A stretch of DNA of 64,000 nt, taken from positions 87,991-151,990 of the forward strand of contig JAIEMV010000001.1 in the NCBI GenBank assembly GCA_019751875.1, given 5' to 3'. The stretch is from Hyphomicrobium sp. GTDB lineage: Bacteria > Pseudomonadota > Alphaproteobacteria > Rhizobiales > Hyphomicrobiaceae. Made by a program: the position numbers and the translations under genes. This document shows positions 46,276 through 54,879 of this stretch, in pieces; position 1 is the first letter of the stretch, and every line of letters starts with the position of its first letter. A model generated the notes under the pieces. The model was not told the origin of the DNA, searched no databases, and worked only from the letters and a program-made list of their open reading frames with translations.

Positions 46276-47058
46276 TTAATGTGGCAACTGGAGCGGATTG
46301 TTGTTCACGCCTTGTATCTTGAAGGCCTCGGAGTCGACCTTTCCGTCTCGGGCCACGCCAGCGATCTCTACCCGGGTTTCAATACCCTGAGCGTCGGTGG
46401 TGACCCACTCCTTCAGTTCTATGGAGGGCTTGGTAGACAGAAAGACCTTGATCCGGCCTGGTGTGTCAGGACTTTTGTCCTGCAACGCGACGACCACTAG
46501 ATCTTCAGCCTGCTGAACCTCCATGATTTTTGCGTCACGGGCGAGGTCAACGTCTTTGCGCAAGAGCAGGCGAAACGGCGTCTGGTCAAGGGCCACACGA
46601 TCCTCATTCCTGAGGTCGAGATCCTGTATGGCCAAGTATTCGCCGTCCGAAATGATTATTTGCTTAGAGGGTAGCGCATAGTCGAACCTGAACTTCCCCG
46701 GCCGGAGCAGCGAGAACTTGCCCTTCATCTTCTTCTGGTCGGATGTAGTCTGGACAAAGCTACCTTTTAACGAGGTTAGCCCATTGAAGTAGTCGCTGAC
46801 TGTCTTGACGACCTTCATCTGGGCTTCGTCGAGGGTAATGCCCTGGTTACCTGCTGCCACTTCGGCGCTCCAAGAGGATCCGGCGGCAGACTGCCCCGCC
46901 GGAGACGGAGTTGGTGCGGCACCGGGGGCTGGAGCGGGAGCAGCGGCTGCGGGAGCTTGCGCGGGAGCGGGTTTCGTATCTTCAGCCCAAGAAGGCGCGC
47001 CGAGGCTCAGTGATGTCGCAACCAGCAAGCCCAGCCCGGAAGCCTTAGCAGTCCACAT
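46276..47058 (-). CDS. lolA: Outer-membrane lipoprotein carrier protein LolA (with an Ala/Pro-rich linker after the signal peptide)
   Basis: Signal peptide MWTAKASGLGLLVATSLSLGAPSWA. LolA core: YFNGLTSLKGSFVQT...GKFSLLRPGKFRFDY. Sits directly downstream of ftsK, as in many proteobacteria. Confidence 0.85.
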   Translation of the reverse strand: MWTAKASGLGLLVATSLSLGAPSWAEDTKPAPAQAPAAAAPAPAPGAAPTPSPAGQSAAGSSWSAEVAAGNQGITLDEAQMKVVKTVSDYFNGLTSLKGSFVQTTSDQKKMKGKFSLLRPGKFRFDYALPSKQIIISDGEYLAIQDLDLRNEDRVALDQTPFRLLLRKDVDLARDAKIMEVQQAEDLVVVALQDKSPDTPGRIKVFLSTKPSIELKEWVTTDAQGIETRVEIAGVARDGKVDSEAFKIQGVNNNPLQLPH

Positions 47059-47218
47059 TCTTATCATCCCCCCGAAACGTCCGTTCGCCAGCCTTTTGCG
47101 GTTCCTGAGCGAAATGTCGGAACAATGCGACGAACTGAGGGCCGAAACCCCCGCTATCGGGCCTTTACTAGCGGGTTTGCGCAAAGCCGCAACGGGGTAG
47201 GTGGGCGCGGAGGCAGGG

Positions 47219-49846
47219 TCAAGCCGCAGGCTTCAGAACCTCGCGACGGCCGGTGCTGCTGGCGGGGGTAATAAGACCTTCCCGCTCCATTCGATCGATG
47301 ATGTCCGCGGCTCGGTTATAGCCGATCGACAGACGGCGCTGGATGTAGCTCGTCGAGACTTTTCGCTCGCTCAGCACAATTGTTCGCGCACGCTCGTAGA
47401 GGTCGTCGCCGCCGGAACGATGGTCCGACCCTTCAATAGCAGCGGCGCCATCAGCGCCGGCGGTGACGTCATTAACATAGTCGGGCAGGCCGTGGTTCTT
47501 AAGGTACGTGGCAACGGCTTCGACTTCCTCATCGGACACGAATGGACCGTGCACGCGCGTCATCGTACCGGCGCCGCTCGAGAAGAGCATGTCGCCCTGG
47601 CCCAGGAGCTGCTCGGCACCCTGCTCATTGAGAATGGTGCGGCTGTCGATCTTGGACGTGACCTTGAAGCTGATCCGGGTGGGGAAGTTGGCTTTGATCG
47701 TACCGGTGATAATGTCGACTGAGGGGCGCTGCGTTGCCATGATTAAGTGGATGCCAGCCGCGCGCGCCATCTGCGCGAGACGCTGGACCGCCTGCTCGAT
47801 GTCCTTGCCGGCAACAATCATCAGATCAGCGAATTCGTCGACGACGATGACGATGTAGGGCATCGGCTTGGCGTCGATGACCTGGGTCTCGTAGCGTGGC
47901 TCGCCGGTGGCTCGATCGAAGCCGGTTTGTACGGTCCGTGCCAGGGTTTCGCCCCGTTCGGCGGCCATGCGAACGCGCTGATTGAAGGCCTCTATATTTC
48001 GAACCGAAAGCGCGGCCATGCGCTTGTAGCGTTCTTCCATCTCGGTAACGGCCCAGCCGAGTGCGGCGACCGCCTTGTGCGGATCGGTCACGACGGGCGT
48101 CAGCAGATGGGGAATGCCGTTATACACCGATAGCTCGAGCATTTTCGGATCAATCATGATCATCCGGCACTGATCCGGCGAAAGCCGATAGAGCAGCGAT
48201 AAGATCATGGCGTTGACGCCGACCGATTTGCCTGAGCCCGTGGTTCCGGCAACCAGCAAATGAGGCATGCGGGCGAGGTCGGCGATGACGGGTTCGCCGC
48301 CAATCGATCTGCCCAGCGCAAGAGGAAGAATGGCCTTCGATGCGCGGAACGACTCGCTTTCCAGCATTTCGCGCAGAACGACGGCTTCTCGCTTGACGTT
48401 CGGGAGCTCGAGGCCAATGGCGTTGCGGCCGGGAACCACGGCGGCGCGAACGCTGGTGACGCTCATCGAGCGGGCGATATCGTCGGCAAGTGCGATGACG
48501 CGAGCGGATTTGGTGCCCCGCGTCGGTTCGAATTCGTAGAGCGTGACGACGGGGCCGGGTTTGATGTCCCGCATCTCGCCCTTGACGCCGTAGTCGGCCA
48601 GCACATCGAGCAGCTGCTGACCTGTCGCGCGAGCGGCGGCTTGAGATACGGCAGGGGCAAGTCCCTGCTGGGCCGGACGCTTGAGGAGGTCGAGCGGCGG
48701 CCGCATCAGGACAGCGGCAGACGGGCTGCGTCGCGAGCGCTGCGGGCGCGATTGAGGATGAGGCGCAGACAATTCTGGTTCGACAGGCCCAGCCGGCAAT
48801 GGCCTCAGATGAGCCGGGGCGAACCGCTCCGCGATGCGGCGGCTTTGGGCATCCTCGTCGTCGTCGAACTCATCCATTGCGGAATCCGCGACTGAGGATT
48901 CGCGCGACCCAGGCACGAGATCATGCAGATTTCCAAAGTGGGAAGCGAAGCGTTCGGCAACGCCCGTATCGCCCACGTCAGTAACGGGTCCTGTCGGATT
49001 TAGTTGATGGGCAGGCAACGGTCTGGTTTGCAAGTGGCTGGGCGAAAAAGTGTCCTTCAGGCGCTGCCACATATGAGGCACGGAGCTTGTTTCGGTCTCA
49101 GAAGGTGGTGCGGGCTGAGGGATGTCGGCACTTGGGGAATTTGCAAAGGACGGCTCGATGTGATTAGCGGCCGCCGGCGCACTGCTCCGGTCGTTGCGCA
49201 TCAAGTCATGCCACCGCTCGACGGAGGGGCCATTGCGCAAATATTTCCACGCAGCCTCAGCAGTTTCCTTTGCGTCGGCGCCAGTGCTTTCGGCAGCTGC
49301 GGCAAGGCCGGCGGCCAGCAGCGCGAAACCGGCCACCACAGAGGCAAAATCGGGTGATGTGAAGTTGCCAATGAAGGACCGTGCAAAGCTCGCGACAAGA
49401 TCACCGAGAATCCCGCCCATCGCATAGTGCAGTGGCCAGCTGGGAAGGACGGGTAGCGTTGCCAAGGCGCCGGCGAGGAAGATTATCGAAAGCGGGTAAA
49501 AGGTCCCTTTGGCTCGGAAGTAAAAGACGCGCTCCTGCCGGATCAATTCGATAGCCCAAAGCATGGGGGCGAACAGGCAGACAACGGCACCGAAGCCCAG
49601 CATCTGCAAAAGTATATCAGATAGAACGGCGCCAACCGGACCGCCTGCGTTTCCCGTTGCAGCATTACCAGAGATCGTCAGGCTGGGATCGTTGGCCGAC
49701 CAGGTGAGCAGGCTCATCCATACGAACGAGAGGAGTGCCAGCAGAACGAAGCCACCCGTGCGCGCGCTGAGCCCCAGTAAGCGCGCTTCCACGCTCTCAG
49801 GCAGCAGGGCGTCGTACTTTTCTTCACGAAAACCAGGCATCGACAC
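47219..49846 (-). CDS. ftsK: DNA translocase FtsK
   Basis: N-terminal TM helices, a Pro/Ser-rich linker, the motor domain (HLLVAGTTGSGKSVGVNAMI, IVVDEFADLM, ATQRPSVDIITG) and the gamma domain (YERARTIVLSERKVSTSYIQRRLSIGYNRAA). Start is the GTG at 49846 or the ATG at 49840. Confidence 0.95.
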   Translation of the reverse strand: MSMPGFREEKYDALLPESVEARLLGLSARTGGFVLLALLSFVWMSLLTWSANDPSLTISGNAATGNAGGPVGAVLSDILLQMLGFGAVVCLFAPMLWAIELIRQERVFYFRAKGTFYPLSIIFLAGALATLPVLPSWPLHYAMGGILGDLVASFARSFIGNFTSPDFASVVAGFALLAAGLAAAAESTGADAKETAEAAWKYLRNGPSVERWHDLMRNDRSSAPAAANHIEPSFANSPSADIPQPAPPSETETSSVPHMWQRLKDTFSPSHLQTRPLPAHQLNPTGPVTDVGDTGVAERFASHFGNLHDLVPGSRESSVADSAMDEFDDDEDAQSRRIAERFAPAHLRPLPAGPVEPELSAPHPQSRPQRSRRSPSAAVLMRPPLDLLKRPAQQGLAPAVSQAAARATGQQLLDVLADYGVKGEMRDIKPGPVVTLYEFEPTRGTKSARVIALADDIARSMSVTSVRAAVVPGRNAIGLELPNVKREAVVLREMLESESFRASKAILPLALGRSIGGEPVIADLARMPHLLVAGTTGSGKSVGVNAMILSLLYRLSPDQCRMIMIDPKMLELSVYNGIPHLLTPVVTDPHKAVAALGWAVTEMEERYKRMAALSVRNIEAFNQRVRMAAERGETLARTVQTGFDRATGEPRYETQVIDAKPMPYIVIVVDEFADLMIVAGKDIEQAVQRLAQMARAAGIHLIMATQRPSVDIITGTIKANFPTRISFKVTSKIDSRTILNEQGAEQLLGQGDMLFSSGAGTMTRVHGPFVSDEEVEAVATYLKNHGLPDYVNDVTAGADGAAAIEGSDHRSGGDDLYERARTIVLSERKVSTSYIQRRLSIGYNRAADIIDRMEREGLITPASSTGRREVLKPAA

Positions 49847-49856
49847 GAACGCTTCT

Positions 49857-51098
49857 TTACGCAGACAATTGAACGATTCGTTCGAGCGCCTCCCTCACCA
49901 CTGCCGCCGGCTGAACCAGCGCCACCCTGACGTAATTCTCGCCCGGATTGCGCCCGTCCCTGCCTGGCTGGGCTAGGAAAGCACCAGGTATCACCTTGAC
50001 GCCGAAGGATTTCCATAAGGTTACCGCAGCGTTGGCGCCGCCACCGAGATGGCTCACATCGAGCCAAAGGCAAAACCCTCCGGCAGGTCGGCAATAGCCA
50101 AAATGGCCGGTCAGCAGCTCGTCAGCGGCGGCGAACTTCGTTCGGTAGGCCTGGCGGGCGGTTTCGACATGGGCTTCGTCGGACCAGGCGGCGGCTGACG
50201 CATGCTGGATGGGTCCCGGCACCTGCGGGGCACACATGTTTCTAATTTCGCCAAAGGCATCCAAAAATGCGGCGTCGCCCGCGCAAAAGCCTGACCGCAT
50301 TCCGGGAAGATTGGAGCGCTTGGATAAGGAGTTGAAGACCACCAAGTTGCGGAACCGCTCAGGGGTGGCGGCAGCAACGGTGAGGGCTCCGGTCGGCGCT
50401 TCGTGCGTGTAAATCTCCGAGTAACACTCATCGAAGAACAGCATGAAATCGTACCGACGGGCGAGAGCAAGCGCCCTCGCGATGTAGGCACAATCGGCAA
50501 CCGAGCCCTGCGGATTGGATGGCGATCCTATGAAAAGTGCCGCCGTGCGCACGAGCAATGCCTTGTCGGCCGACAGGGCTTCGAGGTCGGGCAGAAAGCC
50601 AGTCTCGTGGGTTGCGTTGAGAAATACGGCCTCAGCACCGCACCCCAACGCTCCCGCGACATAAGCCGAGTAGTACGGATTGCACATCAATATAGCTGGA
50701 CGCTCAATCCGGGATTTTCGGCCGAGGGCTGGCATGCAGGCAAACGTCAGGCCCTCGCGAGACCCATTGAGTGCGAGGATCTCCTTTTCCGCATCGATAT
50801 CGAAAACGCCGTATCGGCGGCTGATCCAAGCGGCAATAGACGCGCGCAGCTCCGATGATCCTTTGATCGGGGGATATTTGCCGAAGCTCGCCGTAGCTTC
50901 GGCAATCTTGGCGGCTATGAAGTCAGGCATGGGTTCACGCGGTTCACCGATCGTCAGTTCGATCGGCCGAGCGTGCCCGGGCGGAATATGGTCGAGCAAG
51001 CCGCGAATTTGCGTAAACGGGGATCGGATCGTGCCGTCGGTGAGGGCCGCGACGCCGCGGATCATGCCCGCCATGTCGCGGTTTGCAATTTTCGTCAT
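49857..51098 (-). CDS. Class I/II PLP aminotransferase, DapC-like (succinyldiaminopimelate transaminase family)
   Basis: LTIGEPREPMP, NPYYSAY, GSPSNPQG, FNSLSKRSNLPGMRSGF (PLP Lys). GAGGTGA SD before the ATG at 51098. The stop is 10 nt before the ftsK start. Confidence 0.8.
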   Translation of the reverse strand: MTKIANRDMAGMIRGVAALTDGTIRSPFTQIRGLLDHIPPGHARPIELTIGEPREPMPDFIAAKIAEATASFGKYPPIKGSSELRASIAAWISRRYGVFDIDAEKEILALNGSREGLTFACMPALGRKSRIERPAILMCNPYYSAYVAGALGCGAEAVFLNATHETGFLPDLEALSADKALLVRTAALFIGSPSNPQGSVADCAYIARALALARRYDFMLFFDECYSEIYTHEAPTGALTVAAATPERFRNLVVFNSLSKRSNLPGMRSGFCAGDAAFLDAFGEIRNMCAPQVPGPIQHASAAAWSDEAHVETARQAYRTKFAAADELLTGHFGYCRPAGGFCLWLDVSHLGGGANAAVTLWKSFGVKVIPGAFLAQPGRDGRNPGENYVRVALVQPAAVVREALERIVQLSA

Positions 51099-51281
51099 CG
51101 ACACGTCACCTCTGGTCTCAAGTCGCGGAGCGAATCGCTTATCCTTTTGCAGATACAGCGTCCAGACGCGGAGGCGCCGGTCATTTGCTTTCGCCAATAA
51201 CAAAGAGCCGGCGCAGTGCAAACGGCGGCATGTCGACATCAACGTGACAGGTGCGGCGGGACCGCGCCATAGGGGGTTTGC

Positions 51282-51599
51282 TTGAGACTACTCCGTTCAT
51301 TCCACGGCGTCGCTGGTGCCGTAGCGGCAGTCGCGCTTTGTGCTGCCGCAACGCTCGCGTCGAGTGCAGCATCTGCGAAGGATGTCAGCCCCGCCGTGAA
51401 GCGGGCCTGCGCCAATGACTACTTCGCACATTGCAGCATGCATCCGGTTGGCACACCTGCGGTGCGCAAGTGCATGCGGGCGGTTGGTCCGCGGCTTTCC
51501 AAGCCATGCCTCGGCGCTCTCGCCGCCGCAGGTGAGATCAAGGATTCTGATCGGAAGCGCTACAAGACGGCATCGACGGCCAAGTCGCGCCGCAATTGA
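51282..51599 (+). CDS. Small secreted cysteine-rich protein
   Basis: Signal peptide, then C-x3-YF-x2-C-x(12)-C-x(12)-C (CANDYFAHCSMHPVGTPAVRKCMRAVGPRLSKPC) and a basic tail. TTG start with an AGGGGG SD 5 nt upstream. Confidence 0.55.
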   Translation: MRLLRSFHGVAGAVAAVALCAAATLASSAASAKDVSPAVKRACANDYFAHCSMHPVGTPAVRKCMRAVGPRLSKPCLGALAAAGEIKDSDRKRYKTASTAKSRRN

Positions 51600-51696
51600 T
51601 GTTGCCAAGCAGGCGCAAGACAGCGAACGAAAAACCCGGCCGACCGCAAGGTCAGCCGGGCTTTGTTTGTCTTGATGGGCGCGGCGCAAATGGTGG

Positions 51697-52563
51697 TTAG
51701 CGGGTTCGGCGCGGGTTTTTGTAGAGGTCTGCTTCCTGCGTTTCGATCTTCGGCTTGATCTTTCCGCGGCGAACGTCGCGATAGAGCGCTTTCATGTGCC
51801 GGCGGCTGTCTCCGTTGAAGATCATCATGCCGGCAAAAAGCTTCATCACGGTCAAAAGGCGCTTGTCGGCATGGCCCTGCTTGATTTTGCCGTACCATTT
51901 GCCGCCTAGCGAGAAGACCTTGCCGTCGAGCGCGCCGACGACGTTGCCGTGCTGATCATAAAGCGTGAAGTCGCCTCCAAGATCGATCAGGTCGCGCTTC
52001 AGACGATAGAACTCGGGCTGATTGTCATTCATGAGGAAGAACGAGAAGTTCTCCGGCATGAACAGCCATTTGTTGGCAGAGCGCTCGAGATAGATGAGGA
52101 AGTTGTCGTCATCGGTGTTGATAGAGAACGCGGTTACAGGAAGGCCGCGCGAGCCGATCGTCATCTGAAGGCTGCGACCGACCAATAGGTCCATGGTGGC
52201 GCGCCAGTTGACGGTTTCGTTGAACAATTTGAGAACGAGGCGCTTATCCATGCCCGTCTTCTGTTTCCAAAGATCTTCACGATAGCCGATGAGGCCCGTG
52301 CGCTCGCCGTTCTCGATCACTTCGGCATAGATATCCATGTCCGATGTAAACTGGCGCGACTTGGCGCGATTTCGCGAGCGCTTGTAGATGCCGAACTCGA
52401 TTGTGTTGAGATTCGTGATCCATACATCGACGGTGAAGCGGTGCCAGCCATCTTTGCCTGGCTTCGGTGCCTTGCCCGAACTTTTGCTCGTCTTGCGTTC
52501 AGCGTTTTCCTCGCGCGCAGCTTCGGCGGCGGCATTTCCGCTGCGGGCAACGATGGTGGTCAT
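51697..52563 (-). CDS. Hypothetical protein with a Tubby C-terminal-like / LURP-one (YxjI-like) repeat signature
   Basis: 288 aa with Lys-rich disordered N- and C-termini. The core contains LKRDLIDLGGDFTLYDQHGNVVGALDGKVFSLGGKWYGKI, resembling the K-x-FSLGGKFTI-x-D-x-x-G beta-hairpin repeats of YxjI/Tub_2 proteins. GGAGAG SD before the ATG at 52563. Confidence 0.6.
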   Translation of the reverse strand: MTTIVARSGNAAAEAAREENAERKTSKSSGKAPKPGKDGWHRFTVDVWITNLNTIEFGIYKRSRNRAKSRQFTSDMDIYAEVIENGERTGLIGYREDLWKQKTGMDKRLVLKLFNETVNWRATMDLLVGRSLQMTIGSRGLPVTAFSINTDDDNFLIYLERSANKWLFMPENFSFFLMNDNQPEFYRLKRDLIDLGGDFTLYDQHGNVVGALDGKVFSLGGKWYGKIKQGHADKRLLTVMKLFAGMMIFNGDSRRHMKALYRDVRRGKIKPKIETQEADLYKNPRRTR

Positions 52564-52715
52564 GGCGCTCTCCGAAAGAGAATCAATCAGCAGAAAGGTA
52601 CCACCGGCTGCACACACCCTCGGTCAGGGACAGGTGTAAAAGCTTTGGATAAGTGGCGGAGAAAACCGATGGCGGCCCGAACGGGCATCAGCGTCATAAC
52701 AGCAGCGGGCGCCTA

Positions 52716-53393
52716 TCAAGGGCCAGCGGGCTTGCGGGCTCCGAATATGGCGCTTCCGACGCGGATGTGGGTGGCACCCAGAGCAATGGCGGTTTCAAAG
52801 TCATCACTCATGCCCATGCTGAGACCGGTAAGGCCATTTTCGCGTGCGAGCGTGGCCAAAAGGCCGAAATGGAGGGCGGCCTCCTCGTCAACGGGCGGAA
52901 TGCACATCAGGCCCGAGATCTCGAGCTTGAGTTCATCGCGACAGTGGTGAAGGAAGGCTGCGGTTTCACGCGGAGCGACGCCTGCCTTCTGTTCTTCCTC
53001 GCCGGTGTTCACCTGCACGAAAAGTTTAGGGCGCTTGCCTTGCTTGGCCATTTCGTCTGCGATCGCCTTGGCGATCTTTGGGCGATCGACGGTATGGATC
53101 GCGTCAAACAGTTCCACGGCTTCCGCTGTCTTGTTTGATTGCAGCGGGCCAATCAGATGGAGTTCGAGGCCCTGGAAGCGGTTTTTCAGGTTCGGCCATT
53201 TGGCCTTGGCTTCCTGTACGCGGTTTTCGCCGAAGGCCCGCTGGCCGTTTTCGATCACGGGAATAATGATCTCTTCACCATAGGTTTTTGACACTGCGAC
53301 GAGCGTGACGGTCTGAGGATCTCGTCCTGCGCCTTTCGCTGCGAGTTCGATCCGGCTTCTGATATCGCGCAGGGCCTCAACGCCATCCGTCAT
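52716..53393 (-). CDS. yggS: PLP-homeostasis protein YggS (COG0325)
   Basis: MTDGVEALRDIRSRI...TLVAVSKT (PLP Lys)...FGENRVQEA...HLIGPLQSNK...LSMGMSDDFETAI..GATHIRVGSAIFG aligns end to end with E. coli YggS. Confidence 0.9.
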   Translation of the reverse strand: MTDGVEALRDIRSRIELAAKGAGRDPQTVTLVAVSKTYGEEIIIPVIENGQRAFGENRVQEAKAKWPNLKNRFQGLELHLIGPLQSNKTAEAVELFDAIHTVDRPKIAKAIADEMAKQGKRPKLFVQVNTGEEEQKAGVAPRETAAFLHHCRDELKLEISGLMCIPPVDEEAALHFGLLATLARENGLTGLSMGMSDDFETAIALGATHIRVGSAIFGARKPAGP

Positions 53394-54588
53394 TTTTTCT
53401 CTCCGGCTTCGCGGCGGCTTTCGCCGCGGTTTTTGGCTGGCCGTACGGCGCGAAGTCGTGTGTATCGCTTGACAGAAGATCGAGATACTTCCGGTTGATG
53501 AAAACTTTGTCGCGCCATGCGCGCTCCTCAACTAGGACGCCCAATTCGACCAGTTGTTTGAAGTAGCCCGCAACGGTGACCCGGTTGCCTAACCCGGCCT
53601 GAATGGCATTTTCTATGCGGCAATAGGGCTGCGAAAAGATGAGCTCGACGAGTTCGCGCGTGTAGAGCCGCGGCTTCGTTTCGCGAATATGCCGGGCTGT
53701 GTCCTCCATCAAGGCGCGAACGGCGCGGACCTTCTTGTTGGTCCATCGTGCGGTCTCTTCCACACCGGTGAGAAGATAGAGCACCCAGCCTTGCCACGTT
53801 GCATTGCGCGTTACCTCGGCCAAATGGGCATAGTATTCGGTGCGCGTGCGCAGAATGTAGCGGCTCAGATAAAGCGTCGGTCTTTCGAGAAGTCCCGATT
53901 GGACGAGAAAGAGCAGGTTAAGGATGCGGCCGGTTCGTCCATTTCCATCGCCGAAGGGGTGAATGGCTTCGAACTGGTAGTGCTGGACGGCCATTCGGAT
54001 GAGCGGATCAATGTCGCTCTCGTCGTTGATGTAGCGCTCCCAGTCGGCCAGGAGGTCGCGGATGACGTTGGCGCCTTCCGGCGGCGTGTAGATGATCTGG
54101 CCGGTCAGGACGTTCTTCAGCGCGGTGCCGGGCGTCGAGCGAACATCGAGATCGGTCCCGGTCACCATGCGGCAGATGTCGGTCGCTAAACGGGTCGTAA
54201 TCGGCCTCTGAGCCAGAGTTTCGAAGCCGTTGTGCAGCGCGCTGCGGTAGCGCAGAGCCTCTTTCGCAGCGGGATCAATGGTGCCGCGGTCGCCGCCGCC
54301 GAGGCTGGCCTCGCGGAAAAGAGAATCGTTCGTCGTGACAATGTTTTCGATTTCGGAGCTGGCGCGTGCTTCGAGGGTCGGGATGGCTGTAATCAGCACC
54401 GTTTCGTCCGGCAGCAGGTGTCCGGCCAAGCGGAGCTCAGCGAGCTCGCGGTGGGCGGCGACGCAGCGTTTCAGGATCTCCCGCGTCTCAAGGTCTGCCG
54501 GAGGGGGCAGGTGAGGCAGGGCATTATAGGGCCGAGAGGGGTCGTTTTTCGGCCGCAGGGTTTTGGTTCGGGCGGGGGCACGCGTCAT
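53377..54588 (-). CDS. Fic-family protein (class II, internal inhibitory helix) with a C-terminal winged-helix region
   Basis: Active-site loop HPFGDGNGRTGR. N-terminal S-x-x-x-E-N motif (ARASSEIENI). 403 aa. The stop TGA at 53379-53377 lies 14-16 nt inside yggS. Confidence 0.9.
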   Translation of the reverse strand: MTRAPARTKTLRPKNDPSRPYNALPHLPPPADLETREILKRCVAAHRELAELRLAGHLLPDETVLITAIPTLEARASSEIENIVTTNDSLFREASLGGGDRGTIDPAAKEALRYRSALHNGFETLAQRPITTRLATDICRMVTGTDLDVRSTPGTALKNVLTGQIIYTPPEGANVIRDLLADWERYINDESDIDPLIRMAVQHYQFEAIHPFGDGNGRTGRILNLLFLVQSGLLERPTLYLSRYILRTRTEYYAHLAEVTRNATWQGWVLYLLTGVEETARWTNKKVRAVRALMEDTARHIRETKPRLYTRELVELIFSQPYCRIENAIQAGLGNRVTVAGYFKQLVELGVLVEERAWRDKVFINRKYLDLLSSDTHDFAPYGQPKTAAKAAAKPERKNDGWR

Positions 54589-54591
54589 CGA

Positions 54592-54744
54592 TCATGTTCG
54601 CTATTTGATATTTTTTGCGCATGATGGTCGACTCATGTGCAGATCACGAGCATGATAGGCTACTGATGTTCAAAATCTACTGAATTTTGCGCATGATAAG
54701 GCGGTCATGTTCATTCAACGAACATGAGTCGCCCCTCATGTTCG
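54592..54744. promoter_or_regulatory. Cluster of repeated motifs in the AT-rich fic/leuS divergent intergenic region
   Basis: TCATGTTC at 54592, 54705 and 54736, and inverted at 54720 (forming TCATGTTC-N7-GAACATGA). TTTTGCGCATGAT at 54613 and 54685, 72 bp apart. Confidence 0.4.
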
Positions 54745-54879
54745 ACATCACCAACATATTGAACACTATACATGCGGGACACCGGCGCTCTGTGTCCTTG
54801 CTTACCTTGACCCCTCTGGGGCTTTCGGGCTCTGTACCGGCGGCTTCCGTTCACCAACCGATGAGACCCGACAAGCCCG

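Noticed and set aside
54705-54727. Alphaproteobacterial LexA (SOS) box in the fic/leuS spacer.
   Set aside because: The element is GTTC-N7-GAAC (inverted). As I recall it, the alphaproteobacterial SOS box is a direct repeat, GTTC-N7-GTTC. I kept it as an unassigned operator candidate instead.
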